From Auanema rhodensis (taxonomy: Eukaryota > Animalia > Nematoda): 64,000 nucleotides of DNA. Positions 13,725-24,502 of the stretch are shown in pieces (the stretch's first letter is position 1; every line of letters begins with the position of its first letter). The stretch is taken from contig OZ059894.1 in the NCBI GenBank assembly GCA_964057225.1, forward strand, positions 8,928,001 to 8,992,000. Direction: 5' to 3'. Below the pieces are notes generated by a model. It was not told the origin of the DNA, ran no database searches, and saw only the letters and a list, made by a program, of their open reading frames with translations. A program made the position numbers and the translations under genes.

Positions 13725-14262
13725 AAAAATCTTCCTTGAAAGAAAGAAGATTATCTACAACTGTCTATACAGAGGTATTGAAAAAGAATGACTGAAAAGG
13801 GAGGGGAAATTGGCACTTGCATATCCATATGTACGGAGGAAAAATCCGGAGAAAGAGAGAGAGAGAGAGAGAAAGAGAACGAGTTGTAGCTTTTCAAACC
13901 TTGAACGAAAATTTATTTTCCTCAACGAAATGCTTTATATCAAATTCATATAAATATACGACAAAGGCCGTACTTTTCATTCTTATCAGTGACCATTATT
14001 CGATAAAAAAAATTATTTACTGTTCGTAGGCAAGAGAAAGAACATGTTGGACATAAAGCTTTGATTAAATATATACTATATATATATATGGAAATAAGTT
14101 ATAACTGCTATTAACACAAGACAACCCTTCCATGAAAGTTAATGGAGACAAATGAAATATAGAATAGAACATACCCGTATTTCATATGATAAGGCAATTG
14201 AAATAATACAAAATATATGTGAATATACTTATACATATACATATATATATATAAAGAAAAAA

Positions 14263-16396
14263 CTATTTAAATAAAATATAAAAGATTAATGTAAAAATGA
14301 AATTATTCACAACTGATATCATTGATATCTGATTACATAGGAATCCTTCACACGTATAGATATAACCAATTGTTTTACCACTGAATGCATCATCAGTTAA
14401 TCGAACCTAAGATTAAAATATGTATAAATATTCTAACTTTCATATTTAATTTCCTTTAATTTTAATCTTTTTGTCTTCTAATTTTTGAACAATTATTGAG
14501 ATTTTGCAGGTGAAAATATGAATAAATTCTTTAAAAGCTAATATAATAAGAATATTGACAATATATATATATATCCTATTATTACATATATATTTCATAT
14601 ATTTAATTTATAATTATATTTTATAAAATTTATAATTGTTCACCATGTTATTTCTAGTTTGTGGAGCTAGTGAGAATGGTCCTGTCTTGCTCATAACTCG
14701 AGACCAGCAATCTCGAACAACAGCACCACTTTCAACTGAAATAACATACATTATTATTTGAAATTTAGGAAATAAAAAAAAATATTTTTTCCGAACATTA
14801 ATGGCAATCACTTTGACATTTTTTTTTCTTCAATGAACATTTAAAATATTTTAAAATATACATCGGTATGTATGTATGTGAAGGCTTTGATTGAAATAAA
14901 TCAAAAAGCAAATGATTTTTAGATGGAAATTAATACTAAACTGAGACATTTTTATTGGCAGTAATGCTTGAAGTATTCAATGTAATTCCTTAATTTCACT
15001 TACTGCATGCTTCTCGTTTTGCCGGAGGTTCCTTTATGACGGCTTTAATACAAACGCTATCAGGGCAATCAACTACGGGAATCATGTTTTTAACCTGAAA
15101 ATCAAAAAAAAACTTATTGAAACAATTTCTTTTTTCTTCTTTTTTTTTTCAAAAATTATTTGTGTTTATCTACTAGTTTCTCTTATTTTTCTAATTTTTT
15201 TAGTTTACAATCATAATAATAATAATAATAATAATGAATAGAGCTATTTTTTTTTTAGTGAAAAACATTTTGTTGTAAAAACAGCTGCGAAGTAAATATT
15301 ACTTTGTTATATTTTCTAAATTAAATTCAAACACGTTAATGAGATATTTTCCTTAAAATGTGACCAAAATTTGAATTAGATTTGTTTCGCATTCCTTATG
15401 TTGGTGTTGGGCAACAAAAAAAATCAGCGACCAACACAATGTTGCAACTGTGATCGCCCCCGTAAAGATAGAGAGAGGGAGAGAGAGGGAAAGAGAGAAA
15501 GAAATGTATATCATCGGCATTCATTTTCCATTTTCATTGAATTGAGTACATATCTAATACATTTTTTCTTTCAAAAGATAAGTCTATCAAATTTCCTGTT
15601 CCAGTTGGAAAATGAAGTTGTTATTGAGAAATGGATTATTCCGGAAATGTTTCATCGAGTGCTGTATCTCAATTCGTTCAATTTCACTCTCAAAACGTTT
15701 CCTATGCGTTCTTCCTTTTCCCTCTCTCTCTCTTTCTTCTCAAACATTTATTTCCCTTTTACGTGTTAATTTCGATTTGGTTTTCGGTGGGATCTAATTT
15801 ATCACCAAAAAGAAGATTTTTCATATTTATACGAAGAACGTCTTAGTATATTCTGATCTAGAATTATTGAAATAATCTGGGAAAACATTTCAGGTTTCCA
15901 AATGTTTGAAGCCTTAGTATTGTTAATTTGTCGACGAATTTTAAAGAATTATTGCCCATATTTCTTGATTTATTATTCTGATGAGAGAATATCAAACTTG
16001 AACTCACCATATCACAGCTTTCGTTGGCATAATACGGAAAATCTGATAAATATAATAGCTTGTTTGTATCATCATCTTTTGGCTGAAACAGAAAACATGA
16101 AAAACAACGAAAAAGTTGTTAGAACAAGCTTCGGAAAAAAAATCTTTTTTTGGTGAAAGCTTTATGAAAAAAAACTAAAAAATGTTTACCCAGCGTAAAT
16201 GAAGTAAGGGAGATGAACAACTATAGCACTTTTCTGAAACAATCAAAGAAATCTTATCAATTCTATTATCACAAAGTATTTTTATTTGAGCTTCAGAAGC
16301 CGTACATGAGAGAAAATCTCAAAAATTGCTAATAATGCTTCACTCACCAGCAATCGCCCAACTGAAAATATAATTGAGAAGTAGAAAGGTGAGCAT
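14263..16396 (-). CDS. Ly6/uPAR-like (ODR-2/HOT or quiver-like) GPI-anchored protein, 6 exons
   Basis: In-frame splice: MLTFLLLNYIFSWAIA-EKCYSCSSPLLHLRW/PKDDD...NESCDM/VKNMIPVVDCPDSVCIK...EAC/...VVRDCWSR...NM/VRLTDD...YIYTCEGFLCN-QISMISVVNNFIFTLIFYILFK*. Has a signal peptide, CYSC start, terminal CN and a hydrophobic tail. Confidence 0.8.
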
Positions 16397-18291
16397 GTGA
16401 TGAATCCGGGCTGCACAAAGGCACGAAGACAAATATGGAGTAAAAGCTTAGGTAGTTGCACAAATGCTGGAACGAACCCGAGGATCGATTAGAGAGCACG
16501 AAGGAGAGCAAGGGACCGCAGAGAAGAAGAGGAATCGTGCGAGATAGAACAGATTCATAAGAGAGATGAGAAACAACGGAAGCTAGAAGAAACAAGCTTG
16601 CTTAACTAAATCGTGAAGCATAGTATATCGAACAAACTTTTAATTTTTTCTTAGTTTCCTCAAGAACTTTGAAAGCAACCAAGTGCTAGAGATCAAGAGA
16701 GAAAGAGAGAAGAAACAATATGAAGTTTTATTTTAAACTAAGAGAAAGGGGTCTCCAGAAGTGGGGTTTTCTTTGACAAAAAAAATAAAATCACGATTGA
16801 GGCATGCTATCTAAGCACAAATGTTGCCAAGAAGAAGAAGAAGCATAAGCAGAAGATGAAAAAGAAAACGACGGCTGTTTCAGAATGAATTACAGCTCTT
16901 TTTGGTCATATGTCTTTCGGAGAAAATTGAAGTAGCATGAATGTGTCAAATTTAGAAACAAGATGAGAATAATTTGCGAACTTAGGATGATATATCGAAG
17001 CATTTCTTCATTTCTTCTGCTCTCTGACGTAATACAAATATGTAAATTTCAATAAAAAATAATAAAAATAGAAAAATATATAGAGATAGATATGGCATTC
17101 CTAGAAGAATTCTCGAGAATCTGACATTTAACATGGTAACATCTAATATTAAAATAGCCAAATAACAAAGTTTAGTAGAGAAAAAATACATAAAAAGCGA
17201 CAAATATGGTGTGAGAATGTTCGAATATTTTATTTCGTTTGATTCTGACGCTCTTTTCAAAAGTATTTTTTGATTATGCAAAAACTCTAAGTTTGAATTA
17301 AGTCGAGCTTGTTCAAAGAGAGAAGACGAAGAAGAAGAAGGAGGGAGAGGGAAGTAGAAAAGAGATTGAAAGCTATATACCAGATTTTCACACATAATGT
17401 CGTGTGAATTGAATGATAAATTAACTAAGAAGAAACAAATTTGTTAAAATTGAAACCATCTGATTACATACATGAAGATAGAGAGAAAGAGAGAGGGGGG
17501 AAGAGGGAGAGGGAGACACGTATCTAGTATTAAGTTGTTAAGCTTTAAACAACTTGAAGAATATACATGTACATGAGGTCATATTGAAGATGAAAAACAT
17601 AAATATATTCCATATACACACATTTATGTATGTATGTACTAAGAAAAATGAATTAATATTACATTCATAATAAAATTTTATTTATTTTTTTTATTTTTTT
17701 CATAAACATGTACTGAAGTTTATAAGAACATGAAGTACAAATGAATGTATAATACATATGTGAGTTTATTCATTTGAATAAAGAAAATTTTTTTTTTTTT
17801 AAAAAACTGCTTGTGACCCGAAAAAACAAAAATTTTGTTCTCATAAGTTGCAGCGGAAGTTTAGTCAATTTTCATAATTGATGAATCTTTCACTGAAAAT
17901 TACTATAATTTATTCTAAAAGTGTTAACTATATGTTATAATAGTTATAAGAATCCAATCACGTTTCTAAGCTAAATTAAGATTTGATATCTTACATATCT
18001 TATACAAATACAACAAATTTTGACCAGAATAATATATCTTAAATCCGGCACATAACGAGCTGTCAAACGATCTGTTTGTCCGTGATGCCTGCTCTAGTTT
18101 CAGCTAAGCTTTTATAAAATTTTAAAAAATTGGAAACAAGAAATATTGGAAAAATTTCATTTCTTGACGGACATAAAATATTTTCAATCCGGTTTTGTAC
18201 ACAGAAAAAAAGGAGTACTGTGCCAAGACAATTGGGTATATAAGCTCACTATTATCCGAGAATATCATAAGTCATCTAAGACAAGCTAACA

Positions 18292-19329
18292 ATGTACTCT
18301 GGAATACTGTAAGTTTTCAATAATTTTCTATTTATAATGAGTTAATCATTCAGCGGTGCCTTCCTCCTGATTTCGTCTGCTATGGCTCAGGTACCTGTGA
18401 GATCTACTGTCCGAATAGTACCTAACAATTTTCTTTTTATCTAACACATCTTTCATTTTTTTCTTAAAAACAATAACTATTCTAGGTTGTTCCTTCTCCT
18501 GCAATGAGAGGAATGCCATGTGCTCTTCCTCCATGTTATGCTCCACCTGTTGCACCGGCTCCAGCTCCTCCAGCTCCACCACCACCACCACCACCAGCTG
18601 AGCCACCAGTACCAATGTACAATCCATATGCTTGCCAGGTACTATTATGCGAGTAAGAACATTGTGTACTATCTGCATTTAGGCTCCACCATGTCAACCT
18701 GTTGTAGCTGAGCCAGAACCAATCCTTCCCCCCGCTCCTCTTGCTCCACCAGCCCCAGTTGTTCCTGAGCCACTTTACAATCCATGTGCTGCACCACCAT
18801 GTACATATGCTCCAGTCCCCACAGTCTACGAAAGAGTTGCCCCCGCACCCGTATACGCTCCTCCAGTTCCACAAGCTATGCCAGCTCCAGTTATGCCACC
18901 AACTCCTGTGCTCCGAGCTCCAATGTATGCTTGCGCAGCTCCACCATGCTATCAAGCTCCTATGCAAACGATTCCCGCTGCTCCTACAACATACCTCATG
19001 CAATCCGTCATGGCAGCACCAGAAATTGTTAGACAGCCATACTTATGTGCTCAGCCTCCTTGTGTTCCCGCTAGCCCAATGCTTCCAGGTTACAACCCAT
19101 ACGCCCCAAGTATGGTTAATCCTATGCCTGCTAGCGCCAGCCAGCCATTCTACAATCCTTATGCTACTGGGTAAGCTACTTGAGCAATCTTAACATACTA
19201 AACATGAATGCATTTAGATTTTATCCATCTCTTAATGCTTTCGCCAGATCATACATCATCGGAAGCAACAAGAACAAAAACGTTGAAAGTGCCAAGCCAT
19301 CTGAAGAAGTTGAAGAAGCAAAGGAATAA
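18292..19329 (+). CDS. Secreted Pro/Ala/Tyr/Cys-rich protein (probable extracellular structural protein), 5 exons
   Basis: Signal peptide MYSGILGAFLLISSAMAQ; repeated CxxPPC and YNP(Y/C)A motifs; charged tail SYIIGSNKNKNVESAKPSEEVEEAKE*; TATA-like TATATAA at ~18237. Confidence 0.85.
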
Positions 19330-20654
19330 TTGAAAGAAGGCAATCACTTTTCTGTATATAATGTTTTTAACTGTTTATCATTACATGTAGAATTAATAGA
19401 TATTGATTAAATGATTAGTATATACTATATCTATTTGTTTTATATAAATCATTGTGCTTCTCAAATGCTTCAGAATGCTTCTATTCTAGTTTTAACAGAA
19501 AACCAATCAATTTTCAATAAAACAATACATTACATATACAATTACTGACAATTCAACGAAATAATTAACAATATTCTTTTTGAAACATGAAGCATATTCT
19601 GAAATAAATGCGAATCTTCTTCCGAGTTATCTTTCCGCTCCTCCTCTTTCCCTCCCTTACTCCCTTTCTTCTCTAATTCTCTTTATATCTCTTATGCAAT
19701 AGAACTTAATAATACTATCTCTTCTCTTACACAGCTTCTCATGTAATCATGTGTCTACATGCAAAGCTGAGTTCAAAAGTGTGGGTGTTTCTCCTGACAC
19801 TTCGTCTGATCAGAAATCATCTCAGCAAAAATAGTTGAAAAGCTGAGAAAAACTGTGGGAACGGATTGACACTCTTCGAAGCTGAATAAGCAGACGAAGA
19901 GTAACACATCCGCTCTCTACAATCTCGCACATTGAATTATACGTCACCCACACAAAGCAGGAGCCGTCCCATAACAGTGCAAATCACAGGTATTGAACCA
20001 ACAGGTATGAGGTTGTTGTTATGGCCCACTACCTCTGTACCATACTGCTACAGGATTTAACAAAACTGATAAATCCCATTAATCTTCTTATGTTTAAAAC
20101 AGTATGATTTTACAATATTGTAATTGATTCAATTAGAAAATTTCAGTTCTATAAGAAGTTTCAAACAATTTTCATAAAATGAAAAGACTGTTATACTATG
20201 ATTTTACTTAATTTATATTGAAAATATCATATATCATAACCTCATTTTAATAATTATTATCATATAATATTGGAATAATTAAAAATTCAATGATATCTCG
20301 AATTTAAATATCCAAATAGGCATGAAAGTAAGATGATTTCAGATGAAGGACATAGACAATGTCGTTTGAAAACGAAAAAAAAACTTGTGAAGTTGACCTA
20401 TTGAGTTCATACTTATCATTGTCATCTCTTATCCGATTATCAACTTAGCCAGACAAGATATTGATTTGGCATTCACCCATCTTCCTTTATTTCCTAAACT
20501 AATCAATTGTTCTCATAGTATCATCATTCTTATAATAAATTCTCTTCTTAACTTTCAAATGTATTGGTTTGTTATTGATGTTAGTAATTAGGTTTTATAG
20601 AATTATACTGTGATTGTCTGAACTGTATTGAGATTAATTACTTAATTTAGAACC

Positions 20655-22043
20655 ATGTTACTTATAAAAATCATATTATTCTTTCTAATTTACTCATCTT
20701 ATCATGTATTTGCTAATCATCTCCGAGTTATGACTTTCAATATTTGGCAATCTGGAGCAAATGTTGAAAATGGAATGCAGAAGATAGCTAAACATATTCA
20801 AATCTTAAATCCGGATATAGTAGCTTTACAGGTTTACAGTTGAACATATTCGTTTGTTCTCTTTGAAATGTCATGTTAGCTTTTAGGAAGTGTCAAATTC
20901 AAGTATTGTTCCACAACTTGAATTACTTCTAGGTGATAAATGGATGGGCATTTTTCCCGAAAAGGAATATCCAGACGTAGCAATACTTACAAGACATAGT
21001 GTAAGCCAAAAAAAATATTTTAAAGTTTTTCTAAGAATAAGTTTAGTTTGATTTTTATTCAATTGTTGCCACGAATTGGACAATGGGAGTCAAGATTTTT
21101 TTAAAAAATGGACAACCCATCAATGTTTGGTCGGCTCATCTTCAGTACAAATCATATGGACCTTATGCTGCTTATAACAAACTAGTTTCTTCATATACTC
21201 AGATAATGGCTGGGGAAAAGCCGTCTGTTGGAAATGGTAAAACATGAAATATGAATTTCGTCATCATTAGATACCTATTGTTCTAGGTAGATGGCATAAT
21301 ATGATGGAAGTAAAGGAAAATCATGTCATGAGAGAATGGCTGACAAAATCTAAAAGTACACCTATCCTATTCTTAGGAGATTTCAATTGTCCTTCTCATT
21401 TGGATTGGACTAATGAGAGAGTGTAATAATTTAAAATTATATTTTGATAGAAAAAGCAAAACAATTGCTCCCGGTGAGGCTCGAACTCACGACCTTCAGA
21501 TTATGAGACTGACGCGCTGCCTACTGCGCTACGGAAGCACGATTTCGTTGCTGTTTTTGAAAATTTCCCTAAGTGACAGTTGTGATAGTGTGAATGTGTT
21601 TCAGCCACGAGCACGGGGGATGGATAGTGGAGTGGCCAGCAACAAAGATTCTTGCTGATTTAGGGTTCACTGATTCATTCCGACACATCTATCCAGACTC
21701 CATAACACATCCAGGTTTTTTTTTATTTCTTAAGAACGTTGTTTCATCCCAATTATGAAAACCAATTCAGGAAATACATGGTCCACAGTGAATAAATTTA
21801 ACGCAGAATGGGATTATACTATTGCAGAACCACAAGATAGAATAGATTTCATATTTTATATTGGTAAAATAATTTAAAATATAATTAACTAACTAAAACT
21901 ATCTAGGTCCTATACACCCAATTCGAAGTTTCACATATCGAGGAAATGAAACATTAAATCGTATACCATATCATTGGAAAAATGATTATCCATCTGATCA
22001 TTTTGCTTTAATAACTGATTTTACATTATTAAAATCATATTAA
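20655..22043 (+). CDS. Secreted endonuclease/exonuclease/phosphatase (EEP) family protein, multi-exon
   Basis: Signal peptide, LRVMTFNIW, PDIVALQE, AILTRH, SAHLQYKSYGPY, LGDFNCPSHLDWT, GFTDSFR, GNTWS, EPQDRIDFIFY, YPSDHFALITDF; the full EEP motif set is present. Confidence 0.9.
21466..21538 (-). tRNA. tRNA-Met (CAT), elongator type, inside an intron of the EEP gene
   Basis: GCTTCCGTAGCGCAGTAGGCAGCGCGTCAGTCTCATAATCTGAAGGTCGTGAGTTCGAGCCTCACCGGGAGCA: 73 nt, G1-C72 acceptor stem, CTCATAA anticodon loop, GTTCGA T-loop, followed by T4/T5 Pol III terminator runs. Confidence 0.96.
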
Positions 22044-22384
22044 TACTATTAATAATATTAATAATAAATATATTATAAAGGATTGAAAAAGCTATAAAAA
22101 TTTGAAATTAAAAAAATCTTTTTTTTTCGTCTTTGAACCAAAAAAATTTGAGAAAAAAAAATAATCTCTAACACTTATTTTTATATCAGCAATTCTAATA
22201 ATTTATGGAAAATATTATGGTTAAAAATAAATTTTCAAAGTGAATCTAACAGAGGTTCAGCATATCAAGTAGACTATTAACTGCTTATCAACTGATGAAT
22301 TTGGCTATAAAATTTGATTGTCGATTTTGAAATGAATGAAGAAAATGTGAATGAAGAAGTTTTCATTACTTCTGTTGCAGCAGC

Positions 22385-23605
22385 ATGCTTAAGACGATCA
22401 GCACAAACTTCATCATAGTAGGACTACTTTTAATTCCAATTATTGAATCAAGGCTTCACTGCTATGACAGTGACATGACCGTGAGTATAATTGAAATAAC
22501 TTATATTTGATGAGCTGAAGTGTACATTTCACAAAAATAATTTTAATTCTGGATTTAGTTCGAAATTAAGATTTAGCTGCTAAGCTATCTCCTTATCCTG
22601 ACTTGTTTATTCACAAATTCAGAAGAAGATGATGATAATGATGTTACGAGAACTATAGATTTTCAATTCAATGTCGTCAACTCAAAATAATCTTTTTCAT
22701 TCTTCACGTAATATTTCTTGTAGATCATGTACTTTTTTCATTACAAATATCTTATTTTAAGCAAAAAATATAGTATATACTACATGTATTAAATCAATAT
22801 ACATATATATATACATCATTTATCATAATCTTTTTGAACTTTTTTTCGTTTTAGGATGTCAAATGTGCGCCCGACAACCTGTGGTGCTTGAAGTTAATGA
22901 ATTCTTCTGGAACATTTAGATCATGTACAGATGTTGAAACATATTGTACTGGAGCCGAAGAAGGGTAACATAAGCATTGTTTTCGATTTTTTTTCCTCAA
23001 AAGTCAAATATATCTGCATAGAAGATATTCTGAAGTAACTATATGTATATACATACATATATCTATTTCAGATAGATAAAACATAAAGTACATGAATGAT
23101 TTCAAGTACATTGTTGAATGTAATACATAGTATTCTTGTGAATATTTAAATAGAAAATCTCTTTTCATTGGTATTATCCGAAGAAATATATTCATTAGAT
23201 TGTGCTGCACCATGTTGTTGAACGATAGCTACTGTTATCAAATATGATTTTTATGCTTTTTGACAACATATAAGCCATCACTTAATCTTATATTTCATAA
23301 TTTTTGAACTAAATTAATTGAATTAATGGGCTGTATAAGTAGTTTTTTAGGAAATAAAAAAGAAAAGAAATGAGAAAAACCATTAATTTTTGAACTATTT
23401 AGATGTTATCCAAAGATTGGAAATGACCAGTATTGTTGTTGTGACAAAGATCTCTGTAACACCTCTTCACATTACATCATCTCATTTGGCTTACTATTTG
23501 TTATCAGCTTTTTCTGGTGAATGTTCTTCCAAATCTGATCTGTTGGAGCTGTTATCGCGAAAAGAAAAACTATTAGAAAATGACAATTTTCACATATTAG
23601 GTTAA
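22385..23605 (+). CDS. Small Ly6/three-finger (LU-domain) protein, probably GPI-anchored; 3' end uncertain
   Basis: MLKTISTNFIIVGLLLIPIIES-RLHCYDSDMT/DVKCAPDNLWCLKLMNSSGTFRSCTDVETYCTGAEEG/CYPKIGNDQYCCCDKDLCN-TSSHYIISFGLLFVISFS: signal peptide, LxCY, CCxxDLCN and a hydrophobic tail. Confidence 0.82.
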
Positions 23606-24126
23606 AGAATTAATTTCATTTATAGAATACACTTGTAAGTATATTATATACTTTTTCTTTCTCATGACGTTTTTGTTTATCAATTCTTGAACACTGGTAT
23701 TGTTGGATCATTTAAGCTTTCTCAACGTTGTTTCCTTGACTATTCCATGAATTTCAGGCAATTAACTATTTTGAAGTGGTTTTAAAAAAATTCTTTAATA
23801 ACAAGCTGTTGTTACTTTATTAGGATTCCTCCTGAAATAACTCGCGAAAATGTTGGTACTTGATGGTATTGTGGAAAATGAAACCCAGTACGAATGATGA
23901 GTAATGATTTACAAAGATCGTAACAGATTTAGAATATTTAAAACAAAAAGATAGCAGAAGAACAAAAAAAGCAAAAATGATTAGATTATGAATGCTGACA
24001 AGCTGGAAACGATTCTGATGATACCAAAGATCTGCAACGACGACGATGACGATGATACTGAGACAGGAACAGACGAGATATAGGATAACCGATGTTATGG
24101 CTTCTACGATTAAGCCTGAATAGGAT

Positions 24127-24502
24127 CTATCGTCCTGGACCAGCAAAACTCATGAATTTGCTCGCCTAAAAGAGTTAAGAAAAGCATTTGCACGATTGTA
24201 AAAGGATTGTTTACTTGTTGTTTTGCCATTAAGATATCAGACAAATCACATCCTTGAGATAGACCGGCATTAATGAGACACATACGATTGCGCTTAGTTA
24301 ATGGAAAAGATCCAAACCTGAGACCCGAATAGTGTTTGTTTGATTGAAAATCAATTATTTACCTTGGCTCATCATATTCCAGAGGATAGTTAGTACCTGA
24401 TAAGGCTCTGAAACGCTCAACAGCTGCTGATGATGCAGATACCGGTAAGCTGGACTGAAGAAGGATCACACAAGCCACAAAGATAGCTACAGGAGACAGC
24501 AT
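24127..24502 (-). CDS. nlp-73: Calcitonin/DH31-like neuropeptide precursor, 3 exons
   Basis: Signal peptide MLSPVAIFVACVILLQSSLPVSA; KR site, then NRMCLINAGLSQGCDLSDILMAKQQASKFMSFAGP-GR* (Cys pair, Pro-amide donor). Symbol is from memory of the C. elegans calcitonin-like peptide and is less certain than the gene call. Confidence 0.82.

Noticed and set aside
18346-19193. Overlapping alternative-frame and antisense ORFs over the Pro-rich gene
   Set aside because: Shadow frames of CCA/GCT-rich codons; only the Pro-rich frame has a signal peptide and consistent splicing.
20005-20042. let-7-seed-like AGAGGTAG hairpin on the minus strand
   Set aside because: The stem is too short for a pre-miRNA and the remaining sequence does not match let-7; kept only as part of the larger structured island.
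21413-21658. 81-aa ORF spanning the EEP intron
   Set aside because: It reads through the antisense tRNA and intron and is not a protein.
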